64,000 nucleotides of DNA from Candidatus Hodarchaeota archaeon (GTDB lineage Archaea; Asgardarchaeota; Lokiarchaeia; Sigyniarchaeales; SOKP01), in contig JBHLKM010000001.1 of assembly GCA_048886685.1 (NCBI GenBank), forward strand, positions 288,001-352,000, given 5' to 3'. Of the stretch, positions 60,757-64,000 are shown piece by piece (position 1 is the stretch's first letter; each line of letters starts with the position of its first letter). A program made the position numbers and the translations under genes. Below the pieces are notes generated by a model that saw nothing but the letters and a program-made list of their open reading frames with translations, had not been told where the DNA came from and made no database searches.

Positions 60757-61608
60757 TCAATCTTCTTGTTCTATATTTTCTTGCTCTTTAGTTTCCTCAA
60801 TTTGTTCATTTTTTGATTGTTCTTCAATTGGTTGTTCTTCAATTCCTAACTGAGTAACCATTGCTAGTTTTAGCTGATGTTTATCTTTTGGTAATCCGAA
60901 CATATCAGCATATTTATCTGTTGTTGTTAATTCATGAGTTCTCCCTTTTTTTACAGCATCTATAAAACCATTATCGATAAGATAATTTATGTGTTCATAG
61001 GCTCCTGTTCCTCTCAATTTAATAACAGTTGATTTTAAAATGGGTTGCTTTAAAGCAATTACCGTTAACGTTCGAAGATAACGCTCTGCTATTGCACCAC
61101 CTTTAGCAAATTTAGATACTTTTTCTGTATATTCTGGTTTAATTTGCATTTGGTATCTGTCTCCTATTTGCGCAATTACTAATGCTGTTGAACGGTCGAG
61201 ATAGTCAAATGCAACTTCATTGATTAGTTCTTCTACTTCTTTTTTAGAAAATTCTAATTTATTAGATAATTCCTCTATAGTTAAAGGTCTACCAGCAGCA
61301 TATAAAGAGGCTTCGATTAAATTTCTATGGAATTCTCTCATTTTTTCTTCGAATGATTGCTCTTCAGTAATATCTTCTTCTAATGTTTCAATTTCAATTC
61401 TTTCTTCTAAATTTTCCATAGTTCGTTCTATAATTTCAGATTTTTCTTCTTGAGTTTCATCTGTGATAAATTCCTCGGATTCTACCTCATTTTCATTAAT
61501 CTTGTTCGATTCAATTTCTTCATTTGGGAGTTTTTCAGAGTCTTCTACTATTTCCTCTATCAAATCGTCCTCTTGTGCTTCTTTGAGTTCTTTATCAAAA
61601 CTATTCAT
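60757..61608 (-). CDS. scpB: SMC-Scp complex subunit ScpB with acidic N-terminal extension
   Basis: IEASLYAAGRPL, LRTLTVIALKQPI and TTDKYADMFGL; downstream of smc-scpA. Confidence 0.92.
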   Translation of the reverse strand: MNSFDKELKEAQEDDLIEEIVEDSEKLPNEEIESNKINENEVESEEFITDETQEEKSEIIERTMENLEERIEIETLEEDITEEQSFEEKMREFHRNLIEASLYAAGRPLTIEELSNKLEFSKKEVEELINEVAFDYLDRSTALVIAQIGDRYQMQIKPEYTEKVSKFAKGGAIAERYLRTLTVIALKQPILKSTVIKLRGTGAYEHINYLIDNGFIDAVKKGRTHELTTTDKYADMFGLPKDKHQLKLAMVTQLGIEEQPIEEQSKNEQIEETKEQENIEQED

Positions 61609-61638
61609 CTTTTCTCACGGATTTTTTATAATTATCTT

Positions 61639-62637
61639 TTATTTAATATCTACTGAAATGTCTCTGAAGTCTTCATCTTGAGCCAAAGTTAATTTATTTC
61701 CTGTGGAAAGAAACATTAGCGCTAAAAACATTCTTACGAGAGCAAATTTTCTGCCTATACTAGTCTCTTCTTCATCTTTTATTATATTTGTTAAATCATA
61801 GAAACTAGTATCCTTGTTGTTTAAATTTATTGTACCCTTAATCCTATTATACCATGATTCGTGTAATTCTTCAACGGTTTGTTCTCTCCCACTAATATGT
61901 TTTAATAATTCTTTTGGTAATTGGGCTTTAGATCTCATTTGGATTTTTTGTTGTTTTAATTCTTCCCGTCTCATTCTCCTTCTTCTTAGTTTTTCTTTAT
62001 TTTGCATTACTTCTATAATTGCTGATCGCATTGCATCAAATAACTCCTCTTTTGTTGCTATTTGCATCTTGGGTTGTATTGGTTGTGGTAATGCTTTTGG
62101 AATTGATCTTGAATGCCTTTGCCGAAATTTTTCTAGTTCTTCTTTTTTTTGAATTTGCTCTTCTTCCCTTATAATACTTGAGATTTTATAATGATGCAAA
62201 TTTGCTGATGTTTTCAGTGCAATACCAGAAATCTTATAATTTATTAATTCTTCATGAAGCATCTTATCAAAAAATTCATCAACTAAACTAGCTAAACCAT
62301 AAAAAGCTATTTCCGATTCTTTAGCTAATTCTGTGTCTAATAGGCTTGAAAATGGCGGTTTTTGCCAAAATTTCAAGTTTATTTTTTCTTTTCTTAATAA
62401 CGCGAGATCTTCATCCTCATCAAAACCAGCTACTAATTCTTCTTCCAATTCTTCGACTTCTTGGGATCGATCAATGAATTCAGGATGTGAAACTATTTTT
62501 TGTAATAATTCAATAATATCATTCTTTTTTGATTTAGACGGGATCTTTATATTATTTTTATTAGCAAACTCTCTTAATTGTTTCACAGTCCATTCATTAA
62601 AATTATATCCCTCACTGGAGTTCGGTTCTTTAGAAAT
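61639..62637 (-). CDS. scpA: Kleisin ScpA with N-terminal SAP-like domain; probable ATT start at 62637 (track start 62586)
   Basis: SGIALKTSA..K and C-terminal FLALMFL..L.QDEDFRDI; lies between smc and scpB. Confidence 0.85.
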   Translation of the reverse strand: MSKEPNSSEGYNFNEWTVKQLREFANKNNIKIPSKSKKNDIIELLQKIVSHPEFIDRSQEVEELEEELVAGFDEDEDLALLRKEKINLKFWQKPPFSSLLDTELAKESEIAFYGLASLVDEFFDKMLHEELINYKISGIALKTSANLHHYKISSIIREEEQIQKKEELEKFRQRHSRSIPKALPQPIQPKMQIATKEELFDAMRSAIIEVMQNKEKLRRRRMRREELKQQKIQMRSKAQLPKELLKHISGREQTVEELHESWYNRIKGTINLNNKDTSFYDLTNIIKDEEETSIGRKFALVRMFLALMFLSTGNKLTLAQDEDFRDISVDIK

Positions 62638-62654
62638 TTTATTTCACCTTTTCT

Positions 62655-64000
62655 TTAATTTTCAGTAACTGTTGGTTCAATATCTTCAAGTTCTAAAAGT
62701 CTCTTCGCCTCTTCCTCTAAATCTACGCTAAAGATATCCGTTATACCACTTTGCTGCATAGAAACGCCATAAATTCTGTCTGAATTTACGATATTCTCCT
62801 CTCTATGGCTAATGACCAAGAATTGCGCTTGACTGGAAAATTCCTTTATAACCATCGAAGTTCTATGTACATTGGGACCATCCAAGGCCGCATCGATCTC
62901 GTCCATAATATAGAACGGCGCGGGATAGAACTCCTGCACGGCAAAGATGAACGAGAGCGCCACAAGAGTTTTTTCACCCCCACTTAAAATTTCGAGGCTT
63001 GAAATTTTTTTCCCGCGCGGTCGAGCTTCGATGCTGATACCACCTTCGAAGGGCTTATCGGGACGGTCTAAAATCATTTTAGCAGAACCACCAGGAGAAA
63101 GTTTTTGAAATATCCGAGAGAATTCTCGATTAATTTCATGATAAGCTTTCATGAATGTACGTGTTTTTTCTAATTCAATTTTATCTATGGCATCGAGGAT
63201 TGATTTTCTTTCCCTTTGGATGGTTTGTCTTCGCATATCAATCTCATCAAATCTTTCCTTTACAGTATCATATTGTTCAATTGCTTTCAAATTAACTGGT
63301 TCAAGAGTTTTTTTATTATTAATTACTTCTACAATTTCAGATTGCAATTCTGGTTCCGAAAGATCCTCTGTAACAGGAGGTAGTGAGCCATATTCTTTAG
63401 AACGTTGAAATAAAGTTTCTATTTGATCCGCACAAATGATCTTTTTGGATTCAAAACTGTTCTTCTTTGAATTTTCCATTGATTGATCTGATTTTAAATC
63501 TGTAATAGTCTTTTGGTATTGCTTTTGTTTCTTCCAAGATTCATCTTTTTCTTGAGTATAATTATCGATCTCCTCCTGTTTTGCATCCTTTTTCCCATTT
63601 TCAGTTTCTAATTCACTTTTAAAATTTTCTAGTTCTTTCATTACAGATTCTATTTGATTTTCAGTATCAATGATTTCTTGATTTAATTCAAGAATTTTTT
63701 GTTCTCTTTCTTTATTCTTATTTAACTCATTTAATCTTTTTTGATGTTTTTGTTGATCCTTATTAAATTTGTTTAATTTCTTTTGGGCGGCTTTTTGTGC
63801 TTCTACTTCTTTAGTTTTCTCACCCCTTAAGGAATCTATTACACTTTGTTTTTGGTCAACATTTACTTGGATCTTATCAACTTCAGAGTTAAGTTCATCT
63901 ACGTTTTTTAGACAAACTTCAACATCATTTTTTGCTTCAATATTCTCTTTTTTAATGTCTTCAATTGAGTTAATGATTCTCATTACGTTTTCAAGTGCGC
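62655..64000 (-). CDS. smc: SMC protein, C-terminal part (5' end outside the window)
   Basis: Coiled coil, PVNLKAIEQY, LSGGEKTL, PAPFYIMDEIDAALD and QFLVISH. Confidence 0.97.
   Translation of the reverse strand, partial: ALENVMRIINSIEDIKKENIEAKNDVEVCLKNVDELNSEVDKIQVNVDQKQSVIDSLRGEKTKEVEAQKAAQKKLNKFNKDQQKHQKRLNELNKNKEREQKILELNQEIIDTENQIESVMKELENFKSELETENGKKDAKQEEIDNYTQEKDESWKKQKQYQKTITDLKSDQSMENSKKNSFESKKIICADQIETLFQRSKEYGSLPPVTEDLSEPELQSEIVEVINNKKTLEPVNLKAIEQYDTVKERFDEIDMRRQTIQRERKSILDAIDKIELEKTRTFMKAYHEINREFSRIFQKLSPGGSAKMILDRPDKPFEGGISIEARPRGKKISSLEILSGGEKTLVALSFIFAVQEFYPAPFYIMDEIDAALDGPNVHRTSMVIKEFSSQAQFLVISHREENIVNSDRIYGVSMQQSGITDIFSVDLEEEAKRLLELEDIEPTVTEN

Noticed and set aside
9493-63408. 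Short ORFs antisense or out of frame within long genes (e.g. 12818..13159, 13170..13619, 43260..43784, 61814..62152)
   Set aside because: They overlap well-supported genes, have the Ser/Phe/Ile-rich composition of antisense shadows, and carry no motifs.
1-64000. CRISPR array, rRNA, integrase or prophage
   Set aside because: No regularly spaced repeats, rRNA-like tracts, integrase or virion genes seen; no att-like duplicate of the tRNA 3' end noticed.

Overview
AT-rich archaeal DNA. The gene content (Rab-like small GTPase, longin-like protein, V4R-like proteins, archaeal MCM/GINS/topoisomerase VI/SMC-ScpAB, LipS1/LipS2, F420 genes) points to an Asgard archaeon, probably Lokiarchaeia; this is inferred from gene content, not from a search. 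Most of the window is housekeeping: TPI, HdrC, LeuRS, ValRS, PyrE, CoaBC, lipoate and F420 synthesis, two MoxR AAA+ clusters, HDAC, MCM with two inteins, Topo VI, SMC-ScpA-ScpB, an orphan DNA methyltransferase, a glycyl radical enzyme and an intron-containing tRNA-Ala(CGC). The main discovery is a thioredoxin gene (562..948, minus) interrupted just before its WCGPC active site by a 30-nt, stop-containing hairpin insert (829..858). The insert has bulge-helix-bulge geometry, and cutting at the standard bulge positions restores VDVYTE-WCGPCK exactly. Its layout matches the 30-nt intron of the tRNA-Ala in the same window, so it is a candidate mRNA intron removed by the tRNA splicing machinery. Other notable items: (1) a radical SAM/SPASM enzyme next to a membrane protein with a (CGGCGGGGG)n tail; (2) three genes that appear to start at ACG, ATA or ATT; (3) SAP-like domains on both Topo VI-B and ScpA; (4) a transglutaminase-like protein lacking its catalytic Cys; (5) a chimeric LeuRS; (6) a tnpB/right-end remnant; (7) a GC-rich patch in smc.
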